Source: Eledone cirrhosa
Lineage: Eukaryota
Assembly (NCBI GenBank): GCA_964016885.1
Contig: OZ024743.1
Coordinates: 370,326,001 to 370,390,000, forward strand
Length of the DNA: 64,000 nucleotides
Direction of reading: 5' to 3'
The position numbers and the translations under genes were made by a program. This document shows, piece by piece, positions 28,236-43,102 of the stretch (position 1 is the stretch's first letter; every line of letters starts with the position of its first letter). The notes beneath the pieces were generated by a model, which worked only from the letters and a program-made list of their open reading frames with translations, was not told the origin of the DNA and did no database searches.

Positions 28236-31200
28236 ATGCCTAGAAAACGTTCCAGATCATTATATGGAAGGTCCTCTTCAGAGGCTAAGAGAAAGAAAAC
28301 ACAGCGATCTGAAGAAAGTGAAGAAGTTCGGCATGCCCGTCTAGCTGCTAACAGAGCCCAAACAGCTTTAGCTCGAGCACACCATTTGGATGAAAGGGAA
28401 CAAAGGACTGCTGCTACACAAAAAAAAAACAAATTAAGGAACAGCAGCAAATCAGACGAAATGTTAATCAAGCACATCGTTCTACTGCCCGAGCAGGAGA
28501 ACAAGCCACAAGTAAAAGGAACTGGCTGATGGGCGCATTTTCTTATGTCCCCCAAAAGGACTAGAGCAGTAATCTACAAATTAACATTGTGAAAATGAAC
28601 AAATGCTGCTAGAATTGTGGTGCCAAGAAGTGGGCAGCAGAAACACCAAGTATATGCTGCTCAAAAGGCAAAGTGAGCCTTAAAACAATACAAGAACCTC
28701 CTGAATTTCTGAAGAATCTGCTCCTTCAGCATACACCAGAAGCACGACACTTCAATAAATACATCATAAAATATAATTCTGCCTTTCAAATGACATCTTT
28801 TGGGGCTGACAGGAATGTGACTGACTTTAGATTCTGTACAACTTATAAAATTCAGGGACAGTGTTACCACTTAATGGGTGGCCTTCTGCCCCTTTCACAG
28901 GAGCCTCACAAATTTGTGCAGGTTTACTTCATGGGTGGAAATGAAACACAGGCACAACAAAGATGTACTAATGTCCATGGTGGATTGCAGATCTACACAG
29001 TCATAAGGTTACAAGAAATGCTTCACCAACATCACATGTACGTCAGTGTATTTAAATATGCACTGGAGCATATGAACAACACCAGAGATCGTAAAATAAT
29101 CATTAGGGCAGACAAACACCCAGCTTCAGAACATGAATGCAGATTCAATGCACCTGTCACTGATGAAGCTGCAATTATAATGGTTTATGGACAGCATGAA
29201 CGACGTGACATTGTTTTGCAAAAACGAAGTGGACATTTGGAGCGAATTTGTGAAACTCATAGAGCCTATGTTTCACTCCAATACCTGCTCATCTTTTGGA
29301 ATGGTCAATATGGATATCATTTTCAGCTACGGCAGAACAGCCCAGGAACGGGACAAGAAACTGGCCGATCAATCAGCTGCAAAGAATTCTATGCTTATCA
29401 TTTCATGGTACGTGACCACTTCAACCAAGTTCTGCGATTCAAAGAAGTAACCAGCCAGTTCATGGTGGACATGTATGCCAAAATTGAAACAGAAAGATTG
29501 GGTTTTCTGCGAAGGAATCAAACTAAATTGAGGGCAGATAACTACATCCACCTTAGAGATGCCATCAATTCTGATGTTGACCCAAGAAATATTGGCCAGC
29601 CAGTCATACTACCACCAAGCTTCACGAGACGACCACATTACATGCATGAATGCACGCAAGATGCAATGGCCTATGTCAGAAAATTTGGTCGGCCAGATCT
29701 CTTCGTTACATTTACATGCAATTCAAACTGGTCAGAAATATCAAGTGAATTATTTCAAACTCAAAAACCAAAGGATCGACATGACCTCATTGCTCGGGTT
29801 TTCCATGAAAAGCAAAAAAAACTCATCTGGCTCCTAAAAGAAGGAAGAATCTTCGGTGAGCTTAGTGCTTGGATAACCACTATTGAGTGGCAGACGAGAG
29901 GTCTTCCTCACTCTCAAACACTAATCTGATGCAAGGAGAAGATAAGACTAGATGATGTTGATAAGATCATTTCAGCAGAGTTGCCTGATAAAGGTGGTGA
30001 TCCAGAGCTCTTTGAAACCATCAAGTCCAAACTCATTCATGGTCCATGTGGAGTCATCAATCCAGCCTCTCCCTGCATGAAAGATAAAAAATGCAGCAAA
30101 CATTATCCTAGAGCTTTTATTCGGGAAACTCGGACCGACAATAATGGATACCCCCTTTATCGTGGGCGTAGACCAGAACATGGAGGCAATACTGCAAGCC
30201 TAACAGTTCGAGGAGAGGAGCTGACCATAAACAATCAGTGGGTCGTCCCACACAACAAATTGTTGTGTAAACTTTTAAAAGCTTATATAAATGTTGAGTA
30301 TTGCAGCTCCGTCAAGGCAATCCTATATGTCACAAAATATATCAATAAGGGCAGTGACATGGCTACCTTTATTACTGACAAAGAACTCAATAATGGTGGG
30401 CTGGATGAGGTCAAACGGTATCAAACAGGTCGATACATCTCCAGCAATGAAGCTATCTGGCGAATCTTTGGATTTGATATCCACCAATACCACCCAACAG
30501 TGGTCAACCTCGCAGTCCATCTGGAAAATGGACAGAGACTGTACTTCACTGAGATCACTGGTCATCAGTTGGCACAAGCATCACATGACACTACACTAAC
30601 TGCTTTCTTTAAACTCTGCCAGAATGATGAATTTGCTCGATCCCTCCTATATGCTGAAGTCCCGACATACTACACCTGGACCAATTGCAAGACCTGGAAT
30701 CGAAGAAAGAAGGGTCAATTAGTGGAAGGACATGAAGTCAAGTCAAGTGATGCTATTGGGTGTGTTTACAATGTCCATCCCAACAACAGAGAATGTTTTT
30801 ATTTATGGATACTTCTGCATACTGTTCGAGGACTAACGTCATTTGAGGATCTTAGGTGCTTCAGAGGAAGGGAGTGCGCAATATACCAAGAATCATGTAA
30901 ACAGCATGGACTCCTGCATGACAATGGACACTGGAAGAAGAGCCTAGAAGAAGCAGCAATCACTCAAGTAGCCAGTTAAATAAGACAATTTTTTGCTATT
31001 ATGCTCACAGCATGTGGAATTGATGAAGCTCATCTACTCTGGCAGGAGTACAAAAACAATATGTCGGACGACTATCTACCCCTAGCCCGAAGACATCATG
31101 GCAATATTTATATGGAATACACCCCCAGGATTTACAATCAAGCTGTCTGTGACCTGTCCCATCGAGTTCAGGCAATGAATAGCTAACTGCGGAATGCTAG

Positions 31201-32654
31201 AGCGAGATGAAGAAATGGAGGTAGCACAAGACATTTTTCAGGAGACAAACTACGATATTCAAGCATTGTGTAAGTTTGTGGATGAAAATGAACCTCGATT
31301 GATGGATGATCAGAAATACGCCTACCACATCATCGAAAACGTTCAAAATGACAGGGGAGGACTTTTCTTCATCGATGCTCCTGCTGGCACTGGCAAGACA
31401 TTCCTCATAAACCTCCTGCTTGCAAAAGTTCGCCAAAAGCAACATATTGCCCTTGCTGTGGCTTCAAGTGGCATTGCAGCAACACTTCTGGATGGAGGAA
31501 GAACTGCACATTCCATATTTAAGCTGCCCATACATCTCACACGGCATGAACAATCTTTTTGCAACATCAAGAAGAACTCACCCAAGGGCAAGCTTCTGCA
31601 AGCATGCAAGATGATAATTTGGGATGAAGCTACTATGAGCCATAAAGGAGCAATTGAAGCTTTGGACCGGATGATAAGGGATCTGAGAGAAAATAGTTGC
31701 ATAATGGGAGGAGTGACAATGGTTCTTGCTGGTGATTTCAGACAAACTCTGCCTGTAATTATTCGAGGGACTCGAGCTGATTATGCCAATGCCTGTCTGA
31801 AAACATCCTATCTCTGGCCCCACTTTCAGCTGCTGAGCCTTACAATCAACATGCGAGTGCACTTAACTAGTGACGAAGGTGTCAGTGAGTTTGCCATCGA
31901 ACTACTTAAATTGGGAAATGGACTTCTTGAAAAGGACTCCAATGATCATATTCAGTTGTCATTTGGCCATATCATTGACACAGAACAAGAACTAATTGCC
32001 AGAGTGTTTCTAAACATTCAGACCAGGCAATGTGATACAAAATTGCTCTGTGAACGAGCAATCTTAGCACCTAAAAATGTTGCTGTGAAAGAAATCAACA
32101 GAAGGCTGCTGGAGATGTTACCGGGAGTGAAAATATGCTACAAATCAGTTGACACAATCACTTCTCAATACCAGGTTGCAAACTATCCAACTGAATTTTT
32201 GAACAGTCTTGAACAAGCGGGAATTCCTCCACACAACCTGATACTGAAACTTGGAACCTCGGTTATGCTACTTCACAATCTGGATCCTCTAACACTTTGT
32301 AATGGCACAAGACTCATCATCAAAAATATGATGTCCAATGTTCTAGAAGCTGCAATCATGTCAGAAAAATTTGTTGGTGACAATTGTTTCATTCCCAGAA
32401 TACCTCTGAAGCCAACTGATTTGCCATTTGAATTTCAAAGACTTCAATTTCCGATCAGGCTCAGTTTTGCTATGGCTATTAATAAATCTCAAGGGCAATC
32501 ATTGAAAGTCATTGGGTTGAATCTGGCAGATCCTGTCTTTTCACATGGTCAACTCTATGTTGGCACAACAAGGGTTGGGAACCCTGATTGTCTCTTCATT
32601 GGGGCACCACAGGGCAAAACCAAGAATGTTGTTTATCCAGAGGCTTTGGAATGA
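28236..32654 (+). pseudogene. Helitron RepHel (HUH Rep plus Pif1-family helicase), interrupted
   Basis: PDLFVTFTCN, IEWQTRGLPH and YVTKYINKG; helicase motifs APAGTGKT, IIWDEATM, GDFRQTLPV, NKSQGQSL and HGQLYV. Several stops and frameshifts. Confidence 0.95.
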
Positions 32655-33680
32655 GCAATGCCGTAATTCCTCATTCAATGACAATACACACAGATCCTAA
32701 TTCCTTAGTAGTTTGCAAGGAATTCTGAAGCCACAAATTTACTGCATGGTGTTACTTTGGAAGAATATGCAGGCATTCCAGGGTACCTCTGCTATATAAA
32801 GTAGTATAAGTGAGGACTTTGTTGGGTAGAAATAGCAAACAAATTTCCTTCAAATCCCACCTTACTTTCTCAGGTATGTATATATGTATGAAACAAAAAG
32901 GAATGGTTCTATGTGATAACTCGATAACAAAATCTATTTCAAATCACAAACAACTGTCTTATACACATACATGTGTGTGTATGTATCTAAATATGTCATG
33001 TGAGCCACTATAACTGTTGGTATAGCTAATAGAAATAGAAAACAAATCTCCCTCAAACAAGATCCTACTGCCATAGAGGCAAAGATTAGTGAAAGCTACA
33101 GTGTACAAATTTAAATACACTTTCCCCGAATTACAGAAATGAGTAAGTAAATGCTTCATTCAATCATAAAACAATGCTAAATTTATTTTCTTATTTTATT
33201 TATAGTTTTTAAAATAGTCTTTACATGTTGTTTGAATTTCAGAGGTTTAGATTAAGCAAAAAAAAGAAAAAAAAAGAAAGAAAAGGATAAATAAAAAAAA
33301 TCTAAATGTATTTTTTTGGTCATGCTCTTTTCACTGACAACATACCTAATGATTCATCTATGAGTAAAGCATTATATATGCTGACTGTAATAGGGAGCAG
33401 TATTCAAAAAATCACCACTGGAAAAAACTCATATTTTTATGTAGATGATTTACTTTGACCAAACGGCAATAAATATTCTGCTATAATTCCTACTTTGGTT
33501 AAAATTCAGCAATCATATTTGAATGGTCAAATATTTTGTAATGTGTGCCAAATATATTGTAACTTTCATAAAATACCCGGGTATCACCGGGTAGCTCAGC
33601 TAGTATATATATATATATATATATATATATGCATATTTGTGTAAAGAAATAAGTATACATATTATCTTTTTTTTCTTCAG

Positions 33681-33810
33681 ACAATGGTGATATCGAACTG
33701 GGACCTTTGGGATTAGTTAAAGTCTATTATAATGGTAAATGGACTAGTGTTTGTCATTCAGATATTACAAAAATTGACGCTAAAGTGATATGTGGCAGTT
33801 TGGGACTCAA
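33681..33810 (+). CDS. SRCR/MAM-domain protein, exon (SRCR N-half)
   Basis: Polypyrimidine-CAG acceptor and GTAAGT donor. NGDIELGPLGLVKVYYNGKWTSVC...DAKVICGSLGL. Phase 1-2. Confidence 0.85.
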
Positions 33811-34809
33811 GTAAGTATTTCTTTACTAGTGAAATATGTACAAGTGTGTTTGTTTTAACCAAAGCTGAATATGGATTTATAGTACACTTCAGTTGTTTAG
33901 TGCATAATTCAATGTGCATTTGATTTGGCTACAAAAGGAAACACTAAAGTTATGCAAGTTGACAAGTCATTTCTCTTATGGCCATATTTGATGAGTGTCT
34001 ATAACGCTTTTAGTTGTGTATCTGTGAATTATGAAGTATGTACATATCTTCTGATAGGGTCTCAACAAAAATCAAACCTCAGGTCCAGATGTTCATCCCT
34101 TTCAAACTATAGAGCAATAATTTAAAAAACAAGACATATGTAAACACATATAGATAATAAGCATTTACATAGGCGTTTCTCGAAACTCTAGTAAAAACCT
34201 GTATATTTTGTTTACAGTTATGAACTTATATAAACTTCAGCTGCTTAGTACACAATTTGATATATATGATATATATATAAGAAGTTTCCCTTCTAGTATC
34301 AGTTGCATCTCAGCGTACTCAATAGTTAAGGTTATGTAAAAATCCCAGAGTAGACACAAAGTTATTTGCTTCAATATAACATACATATGTGCGTGTGAGA
34401 AAGAGATAGAGATAACATAGAAGTATCCGTTTGTTTTTAGGCAACTTGACCTCTTTGTAAAGTAGATGTGCGTAACAAAAGGGATGAAATAACTCACCAG
34501 TTAGTTGTGTTCAACGTGGTCAATTGAGTTTTGGAACATAAATATCACGATAATACAAAATGAGACACCCAGTATGGTATATATTTTTCAAGGAGTATTC
34601 CACGGAGTAATAAACAGGATATGAGGAAGAACTAGGCAACATTTGTTGAATTTCAAAGAAGCACTTAATTAATAAATGTTTCTTTAAACTTCAACAAATG
34701 TTATCTAGTTTCTCTCTATGTATGTCCCAGATCTGCTATGTATGTCCCAGATCTTAGAGTAAGTACATCACAATCATGTGTCATAAGCGTTAACTAAAAG
34801 AGATGGGTA

Positions 34810-35080
34810 ATAACTGAAATAATGCGATCACAAATACAAGCGACTGAAATGGGCTTCCTTCAAAGAGTTTTTGGAGTAACTCGATAGAGTGCGTAGTTCG
34901 GAGATTAGAGAGTCGCTTCTGATAGTGTCGCAAGATCACAGTTCTGATAGTATGGACATGTGGTTTGAATGTCACAGGAAAGAATCGCTGGATAGATTTT
35001 ATGGGCAGAACCAACTGGCAGAGGACCCAGAGGTAGACCCCGAGCAAACTCATCTAGTCTTGCTTGGAAATGGTTGCTTC
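34810..35080 (+). mobile_element. Old RTE-type LINE 3' remnant
   Basis: Degraded SQIQATEMGFL...GHVV..M...RGRPR. Confidence 0.55.
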
Positions 35081-37175
35081 TGACAGGAAGGTGGTGAGTT
35101 GGCAGAGTCGTTAGAATGTGGATAGAGTGCTTTGACAAATGCTGTATGTCAATACGGCGACCCTATGGTGCATGCTTCTGAAAGGACACTTTGGAAGGCA
35201 TACTTGAGGACTCTGCCCCTATTTCCCTTCCAATAATAATAATAATAATAATAAGAAGAAGAAGGGGTATATGTTCCTTGTTTCATGCTTTTTTCATATA
35301 ATGATGAAGTGCTCATGTAGTGAGGCAACTGCCTTTTAAGATATCTGCCGAAATGTCAGGGGCCAGGAGATTTTCAGTTGTTCAGCTTTCTAATAACAGT
35401 TCTTATTTTGACAATAGTTGGTGATTTGTTACAGTGGTGGGATGATGAGTATCTTGTAAATAAATGGCTGTTACATCCAGTGGGTTATGAGCTTTAGAGC
35501 TAGTTGAAGTGTTCTCACTAACACTGTCTTACTGTTGTCTAATGTCCTGCTATTAATGCACAATCTGATGATTTGACTTGTGTCATGGATCAGTTCCTTG
35601 GGCCATTACAAGGATTATTTCATCATAAAATATCAGAAATGGGCATGCATCTGAATTTGCAATCCACCATTCATTGTTTAGGTTTTGAAGAGTGGATTGA
35701 ATCTCATTCCAGGGAGCTTGCTACTTTTTTTTAATGCTTGATAAGGGGATATGTTGGATGAGACCTACTTCTTGCTACATAGAAGATAGATCTAGTTGGA
35801 AAGGAGACAAAAAAAACGACTAGTACCTCTTTCCAGCTACAGGTAGCAGCAGAAACTTCCCTTAAAAATGCTTACTTCAATTCTATCATATTTTCTTTCA
35901 GAGTGTCCTCCTCTTATCGTTCTCATTCTAGACTCACCTAAAAGACAACAGGGCAGTGATTGATAAACATTAGAGCTTGTCCACCATGGTGATTCTGTAC
36001 ACTGTATCTCTGGGGCTCACTTCTGATCTGAGATGCCTAATCAAGCTAGCAAGAGACTTAATGAAGGAAATGTATTTTAGCTGGGAAAATGTAAAAACTA
36101 GGCTATTTCCTGGTTCACCACAGGGGCTATCCAGCAATGAAAAGTAACAATACATCTATCTCATTAACTACACAGGGGCCAAACAAACAAAAGCTCTATA
36201 TGGTGGTTCAAAAAGCTAGAAATAGCAATCACATCTCTCTCTCAGATCACACTCTTAAAAATGAAGAACAATGCAGTCTTTGATATACTAAAAGATAGGA
36301 CGGTTAGAACTAAGAAACAATGATCATACACACACACACACAGGTGTATTATATAGCAGCCAATTCTCCCTAAAATTATACCCTTCCATAGGAAAGTGAC
36401 TTGAGAAACATTATTTCAATAACAGGTGTACTGCTATCCATAATTTATAGAAACATTATTTCAAAGACATTGAAATGATTTCAAGAAACATTATTTCAAC
36501 ACTGGACATAGTGTTATCTAATGTTCTTTTGAAAATAGAGAAAAGTGATTTCATGAAACATTATTTTGATATTGGCAGTACCATTATCCAGGACTGAAAT
36601 AAACATTATTTAAAAACCGGACATACTATTACATACTGATCCTTTCAAAGTAGAGTGAAGAAATTTGAGTACCAGGCTCAACTGGCTCTGGCTAAACATA
36701 CACGAAATGTGTGTCTATCTAGGATGTTATGACTTCGAAATACTAGTTTAGGTTTTGGACAGTTTTGTGAAAGGAGGAAGGATAGAGTGTCAGGCTCGCA
36801 ATCTTTCCTCCATTAATTTCAATTGCTGAAGAAACAATAAATAGATATCTAGCCAGGGAGCATGCTTGTGACAAAGCTGGCAGCCATGTGGGATGGAGCC
36901 CAATGCTAAATGGTTAGCAAAGATACTAAAGAAAAGAATATTAAAATGTATATGATATAGTCCAAGATATAATATGTCTGAAAAAAACGCCACTGGGTGG
37001 TCATTGCTGTAATGAAGTAACAATGACAATAACAGAAACCACTGCAGTCTTGCTGTTTTGGTAAAACATCATGTGGTTTGCAACAAAGAAATACACTCTA
37101 AGATTATATTAGTTTATAGAGTGCACAACTTCAACTCATAAACTGAAATATTGTACTGTTATATTTATTTTTCAG

Positions 37176-37339
37176 ATATTTTGATTATGGAATTATCAAA
37201 TCATCTTTACCAGTCTACATCAGCATAGGCCAATGCAGAGGGGATGAAAAGTCAATAATTAACTGTTATGGTACCTACTTTACTAGTTACAGTTATTGTC
37301 ATTCAAGTTACAGGGCCAAAGTTAATTGCTATGAAAATT
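37176..37339 (+). CDS. SRCR/MAM-domain protein, exon (SRCR C-half)
   Basis: TTTTCAG acceptor and GTAAGT donor. YFDYG...QCRGDEKSIINC...YCHSSYRAKVNC. Phase 2-1, matching neighbours. Confidence 0.85.
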
Positions 37340-38591
37340 GTAAGTACAAATATTTATATTTCTTGGTGCTATCAGTCTATGTATATATGGACTTATATGA
37401 ACTTGTAACGTCTGAAGGAGTTATAAGGTGTTGCATTGACAAGAGAGCTGGAATGAATATTGCAAAGCATTCTATTTGATGTTCTAATGATACTATCATT
37501 AGAACATACTATCATACTATCATTAGAATGATACTATCATTAGAACATACATATCAATGCATACTATCATTCAAATAAATCCTTCTATTTCTTACAAATT
37601 AACAAAAATCAAAATAGCTGGATCTCATATTTGGTTATTTCATTGGTAAATAGGACATGGACTCATTACACTTGGCTTCTACTATTTTAAGCCAACCAAC
37701 AAATCACATCAATTTTACTGTACTGCTGTTGATGTTTATACTTATAAACAGTGAGTTAGACTTACTTACCATTTTTGGATCATCATCATCATCTTTTTAA
37801 GGTCTGCTTTCCCTGCTAGCCAGGGTTGGACATAGACCAAGTCAGTACTAAAGCAGTGGCTACTGATCTCCCAGAAAATCCAAGGACCTGATGTCTTGCT
37901 TAGTACCTCAGGTACAGGGGAAGTTGTCATGTATTTGACACAACTGAGGATCCTCGCAACCCTTTGTTTGATAAGCTTTCTATGACTGGATGCCCTTCCT
38001 AATGATGATTGCTTCATAAAGAAGTGGTAGGAAGCTGCAGAAGATGTCAACAAAGGAAGACTATTGTTGATCTGTGAATACAAGCTGAAGATGGACACAG
38101 AACATATGCTGTAGCTAATAACTGATTATAGTTATTGCTCGCTTGTTAAGTCTTCTTCTACTTCTTCTTCTACTTCTTCTTGGGAGGGTTGTTGGGGCAG
38201 AGGCCTCAAGTACATTTTCCAATAGGTCCTGTCAGAAGCTACCCTCTCCAATTGATCCCACTGAATCCCCAAGTGAGACCAGCTGAGCTCATAGATGTTA
38301 TCAAACCATCTTGCTTGGGGTTTACCCCTAGGATTCCTGCTGGTTGGTTCTGCTAATAAAATCTGTCTCTATAAATTCAGGCATGTATTGTAACTGTTTT
38401 TTTTTATCTATTAACAATCCTCCTGCAATTAAAATATAGGATTTAGTCAAATATCAATGTGTTGGGTTGTAGAACCAGTAGTTCAATACTGGAGCTAAGT
38501 CAATTGAATACAATTGACCTTTAACCAGATGAAAAAAGAAACCATATTTCCATGCATTTGTTCATAAAAATTTATTTGTTTGGCTTTCCAG

Positions 38592-38738
38592 CAATTAAAA
38601 AATATTGCTCATTTGAGAACAACATGTGTGGTATGATTAGTGAAGGCACAGAATATTTTAAATGGCAACGAGTTGTGGCTAGTGATTACAAAGGACAATC
38701 AACACCTGAAACTGACTCCTCAACGCAAAGTCATAAAG
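38592..38738 (+). CDS. SRCR/MAM-domain protein, exon (MAM1 N-part)
   Basis: TTTCCAG acceptor and GTAATT donor. YCSFENNMCGM...FKWQR...PETDSS. Phase 1-1. Confidence 0.85.
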
Positions 38739-38809
38739 GTAATTAATCTCATTTTCTATATTTTTCTTTATAAAACTTTTCACCTTAGAATAATGATGTC
38801 TGTGTTTCA

Positions 38810-39360
38810 AGCTTCTTCTTCCTTTCTTCACCCATTTATTCCTGAGAGGGTCGTGGGAGCAGAGTTCTCAAAACACTACCTCCAGTGGGTCCTGTCAGAA
38901 GCAACCATCTCCAACTGATCTGGCTGGATCCCCAAGTGTGATCAGCCAAGCTCATGGATGTTATCTAACTGTCTTGCTCATGGTCTACCCCTGGATCTCT
39001 TACCTGTTGGTTTCACCCATAAAATCTGTCCAGCGATTCTTTCCTGAGACATTCTAACCACATGTCCATAGTATCAGAGTTGTGATCTCTCAATTTGGAG
39101 AAGTAGTGAGTCTACCTGGAGTGACTCTCTGATCTCTGAACTATGCATTCTATCAAGTAATGTTACTCCAAAGACTCTTCAGAAGAACCCCATTTTGGCT
39201 CTTGTATCTGTGATCGTATTCTTTCAGTCATTACCCAAGATTCATGACCATAGGCAATGGTTGGCATGAAAACTGAATTGAAAACAGGGAGCTTGGCTTT
39301 TACACCCATTTCCCTTCTGATTACTGAATGCTGAAGCTGGCGCATTTCCAAGTTATTTAA
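38810..39360 (-). mobile_element. Old RTE-type LINE 3' remnant (related piece at ~38150-38390)
   Basis: VFNSVFMPTIAYGHESWVMTERIRSQIQ and an (AAG)n-like tail. Confidence 0.65.
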
Positions 39361-39369
39361 TTGTGTTGA

Positions 39370-39956
39370 TGACATGACAAAAGGTACCCTGTCCACTCAG
39401 TAGAGTGGTCATTTTTGGTATCATGACAAAACCTGCTCTGTCCTCACTATAAAGTGGTGGTTTTAATGACAAAACAAAAAGCACCTTGTCTTGACTGTAA
39501 AGTAGTCATGTTAGTCACACAACAAAATGTGTCCCATCCACACTGTAAAGTGGTTGGGTTGTCTTGGTGACATGACAAAATGCACCCCGTCTACACTGTA
39601 AAGTGGTCATTTTAAGGATGCAACAAAAAGCTCCAAGTCAAACCTGTCAGTTGGTCTGTTGGTATCATGAGAAAAAGTGCCCAGTCCCATCTGTAAAGTG
39701 GTCATGTTGGTGACACAATAAAAAGTGCCCAGTCCAACCTGTCAGTTGGTCATGTTGAAGTCAAAAAAGCATCCAGTCCACACAGTAATGAGGTTGGTGT
39801 TAGAAAAGGCATCCAGCTGTAGAAACCAAGCCAGAAACAGTTCTGCATGAGCAAAATATGGTCATCTGATCTGACTGGTCTCACAACAGGACCACCCATC
39901 TAAGCCATGCCAACATGCAAAAATAGACGTTAAACAGTGAGGATGATGATGATGAT
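39370..39956 (+). mobile_element. SINE with internal ~45-bp tandem repeats and an RTE-like (GAT)n tail
   Basis: Repeats of GACAAAAAGCACCCAGTCCACTGTAAAGTGGT-like units, then GGCATCCAGCTGTAGAAA and a GATGATGAT tail. Confidence 0.6.
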
Positions 39957-40479
39957 TCAATCTATACTTTTTCAAACCTTCTGCAAGTGAAATTTTTGAA
40001 CTAGACCAACGATTGAATGTAAAACCTTTATTCTACCAAATGAGTCTATTGTTCTAACTGCTGATCTACATTTCTAAATGCTAATAGATTTTTTTTTAAA
40101 AGGCACTTAAAAATAAAGCTTGATAAATACGGCCCCATTGGATAATGTAGTTTGAGGTATAAAATATCCGATAAATAAAAGAGAGTTTGGTTGCAGCTGA
40201 AATGTCATAGGTGTACTAGATCAGGGGTTGAACAAAAACAGGAGCATGAGGAGTAAAAACAGGAGGTTTGATGCTTTCTACTTTTTTATTCTAATATTTA
40301 TTGCTGCAATAAAATACACCCAGTCCACTCTGTAAAGTGGCAGTGCTGTTACCACAATAAAACACATCTAGTCTAATGTAGTAGAGCTGGTGTTATGGTA
40401 AAATTTACTCAGTATACACTGCAAAGTGGTTGGCATTAAGAAAGGCATCTGTCCATATAAATCACACTAAAATGGAATG

Positions 40480-43055
40480 TATAAACAATCAAGCAATATG
40501 CATGGCACTAAAGGAAACTCACCTGACAGCTAGATAGCAGATGTGGAAATACACATACCAAAGTATGGTGTTTTTTGCACTGAGAGGAGGGATAGAACTC
40601 ATGGTAGATTTGCTTTGTACATCTGTGACATGCTAATGCTACACGGTCTGTGACATGCTAATGCTACACATAAAACAACTCAAAATGGTAATATGTGTCA
40701 TACATTGACCAACAGATGCCCCCAGACATGGGGACAAGTTTGAAGATATCCTCAGAAGGATTGAAGAAGTGCTTATCAATTTGGATCAGAGTCTCAACAT
40801 CCTACTACTGGGAGATTTTAACCACCCCAAAGTCAAATGGCCAAAAGGCCAGCCCTCCTCAGGGTTGATGGCACCTGAAAAATGGCAGACAGAATCCTTG
40901 TTAGACCTTACAATCAGACTCTTGATGGAACAAATGGTACTTCACCCAACAAGAGGTGAAAATACCCTGGATCTCTGCTTCACAAATAATATGGAGCTCC
41001 TCCACAATGTGAAAGTGAAATCAACGATTTTATCGGACCATAACATAGTAGAGCTAGAAATGTAGATATACAGCCTACAGGAAGCACTTGGTCTCTATTG
41101 AGCTTAAACTTCCATAAAGCTAATTGGTAAAGGATTTAGGAGGAGCTCCTGAAGCAAAAGTGGACTGACAGTTTCTCTATGGAAGATGTCAACATACAAT
41201 GTGTACAATTCATGGAAATAATACAAACCATATGCCCCAAGTTTGCCCGAGAAAGAAAGGCCACCAGATTCACAAATATTATTTCCATAGACAAGAGATT
41301 CCTTAAGAGAAGAAGAATGAAGATCTCAAACCAGCTACATACACAAGTAAGGAACAAAACGGAATCCCATGTGAGGCACACACTGTTTCAAACTCAAAAT
41401 CTCCCATGAAAAGGAGAAGGCAGAAAGAGAGTCCAGTGCTATAGAAAACATAAAGACAAACCCTTAAACCTACTTTAAATTTGCAAAAGAGAACACTTTG
41501 GCAAACTACGGGATCACTGACTTCAGACCACCAACAGATAAGTGAGGCGCTGAATGAACAATACAAAAGTGTTTTCACACCCCCAATGAGACACATGCAA
41601 ATAAATAAGTTAGATAAATTCTTCAACACAACTGCATTACACAAAGAAATGACAACAATGAACCACATAGATATATAAGTGAAATATGTAACATCAGCAA
41701 TAGATGAAATGACACCAAATTCAGTAGTTGACACTGATGGTTTCCCAGCAATCCTCCTAAAAACATGCAAGCGAACATTAACAAAGCCATTGCAGATACT
41801 CTTCCAAAGATCTCTTGCAAGTGGTAAACTACCTGGAAAACTAAAAGAAGGCATAATATGTCCTATTTATAAAGAAGTTAGCAGAGCAGATGCTAAAAAC
41901 TACCTCACATATCAGTAAAATCATGGAACAAACCATCAGAAGGAAACTGATCACTTTTCTAGAGGAAAATGGCCTTCTAACTGACACTTAGTGTGACTTT
42001 TGCGAGAGTAGAAGTTGTCTTACACAGCTCTTACAGATACTATGATTGGATACTTAAATAGCTGCTAGACCATTCTAATATGGATGTGATACATCTCGAC
42101 TTTGCAAAGGTCTTCCACAATATTGATCATTGAATGATATGTCACAAAATACATAACTTTCGCATAGCTGGAAAACTAGGTGAATGACTTCATGATTTCT
42201 TAAAAGACAGAAACCAGACTGTTGCAGCCAATGGGGCCCCCTTAAAGGAAATAAGCGGCATGCCCCAAGAACCATCTTGGGGTCACTACTGTTCATGGTG
42301 GCTCTATGAGACATGTCCTCTGTCATATGGACAGCCTCCCTCACAAGCTATGCTGATATCATGTATGTAGCACAGGCAATCAAGAAACCAGCTGATGACT
42401 GGCAGGCTGGATTCTGAGGACATTTAGGACAAGAAACGTGTAAACCATGTTGATCCTCTAGAGGACTTTCGTACTCAGCCAACTGGACTATGGCTCTCAG
42501 CTGTGGTTGCTCCACACTGTCAAACTAATTGCAGAACTTGAAGCAATCCAATGAAGCTACACCAAGAGGATTGCCTCAATGAATGACATGAGCTACTGGG
42601 GCAGGCTGAAAAAACTAAAGCTTTACTCCCTGGAGCAAAGAGAGGAGTGATATAAAGGGAAGATCCTGGAAGGCTTAGCAACAAACATGGGCATTAAAGG
42701 CAGGACAAGCCTATGAACAGAACGCCACTGTGTAGTAACAACGGTTCCACCCATCACATCAAGAATACCTGGGGTTCAAAGGACTCCAGCTTTTTAATAA
42801 ACAGCCAAAATATCTGAGAGATCTACATGGAGTGCATGCAGATGTTTTCAAGAGACATCTCGACATTCTGCTGACCAAGATCTCAGATGAACCCACAGCA
42901 CAAGATGAAACGCAAATAAGAGTAGTAGCATCAAACTCCTTATTACATCAATGGGCAACCAGGGAAGGCTGGCTATAGAAAGTGTTGCATAAATATTAAT
43001 ACCCCAGCATGACCTCAGCCTGTCAGCTGTAACATGAAATAGAAATAGAAGTAGA
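40480..43055 (+). mobile_element. Degenerate CR1-like LINE
   Basis: APE motifs LLLGDFNHP, PTRGENTLDLCFTN and SDHNIV; RT remnants DGFPAILLK and LDFAKVF. Many stops. (GAAATA)n-like tail. Confidence 0.75.
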
Positions 43056-43102
43056 AAATTATTTTTTCATCTCCTTGCACATTATATATTTATTTGTTGC
43101 AG

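Larger units (their letters stand above)
26757..33603 (+). mobile_element. Helitron
   Basis: RepHel coding region, 3' hairpin TACCCGG-GTATCA-CCGGGTA (33574-33593) and terminal CTAG (33600-33603) followed by T. The 5' end is approximate. Confidence 0.88.

Noticed and set aside
36400-36620. Recurring GAAACATTATTT motif at ~40-70 bp spacing
   Set aside because: Intervening sequences are related to one another, so this is a decayed minisatellite rather than a repeat-spacer array.
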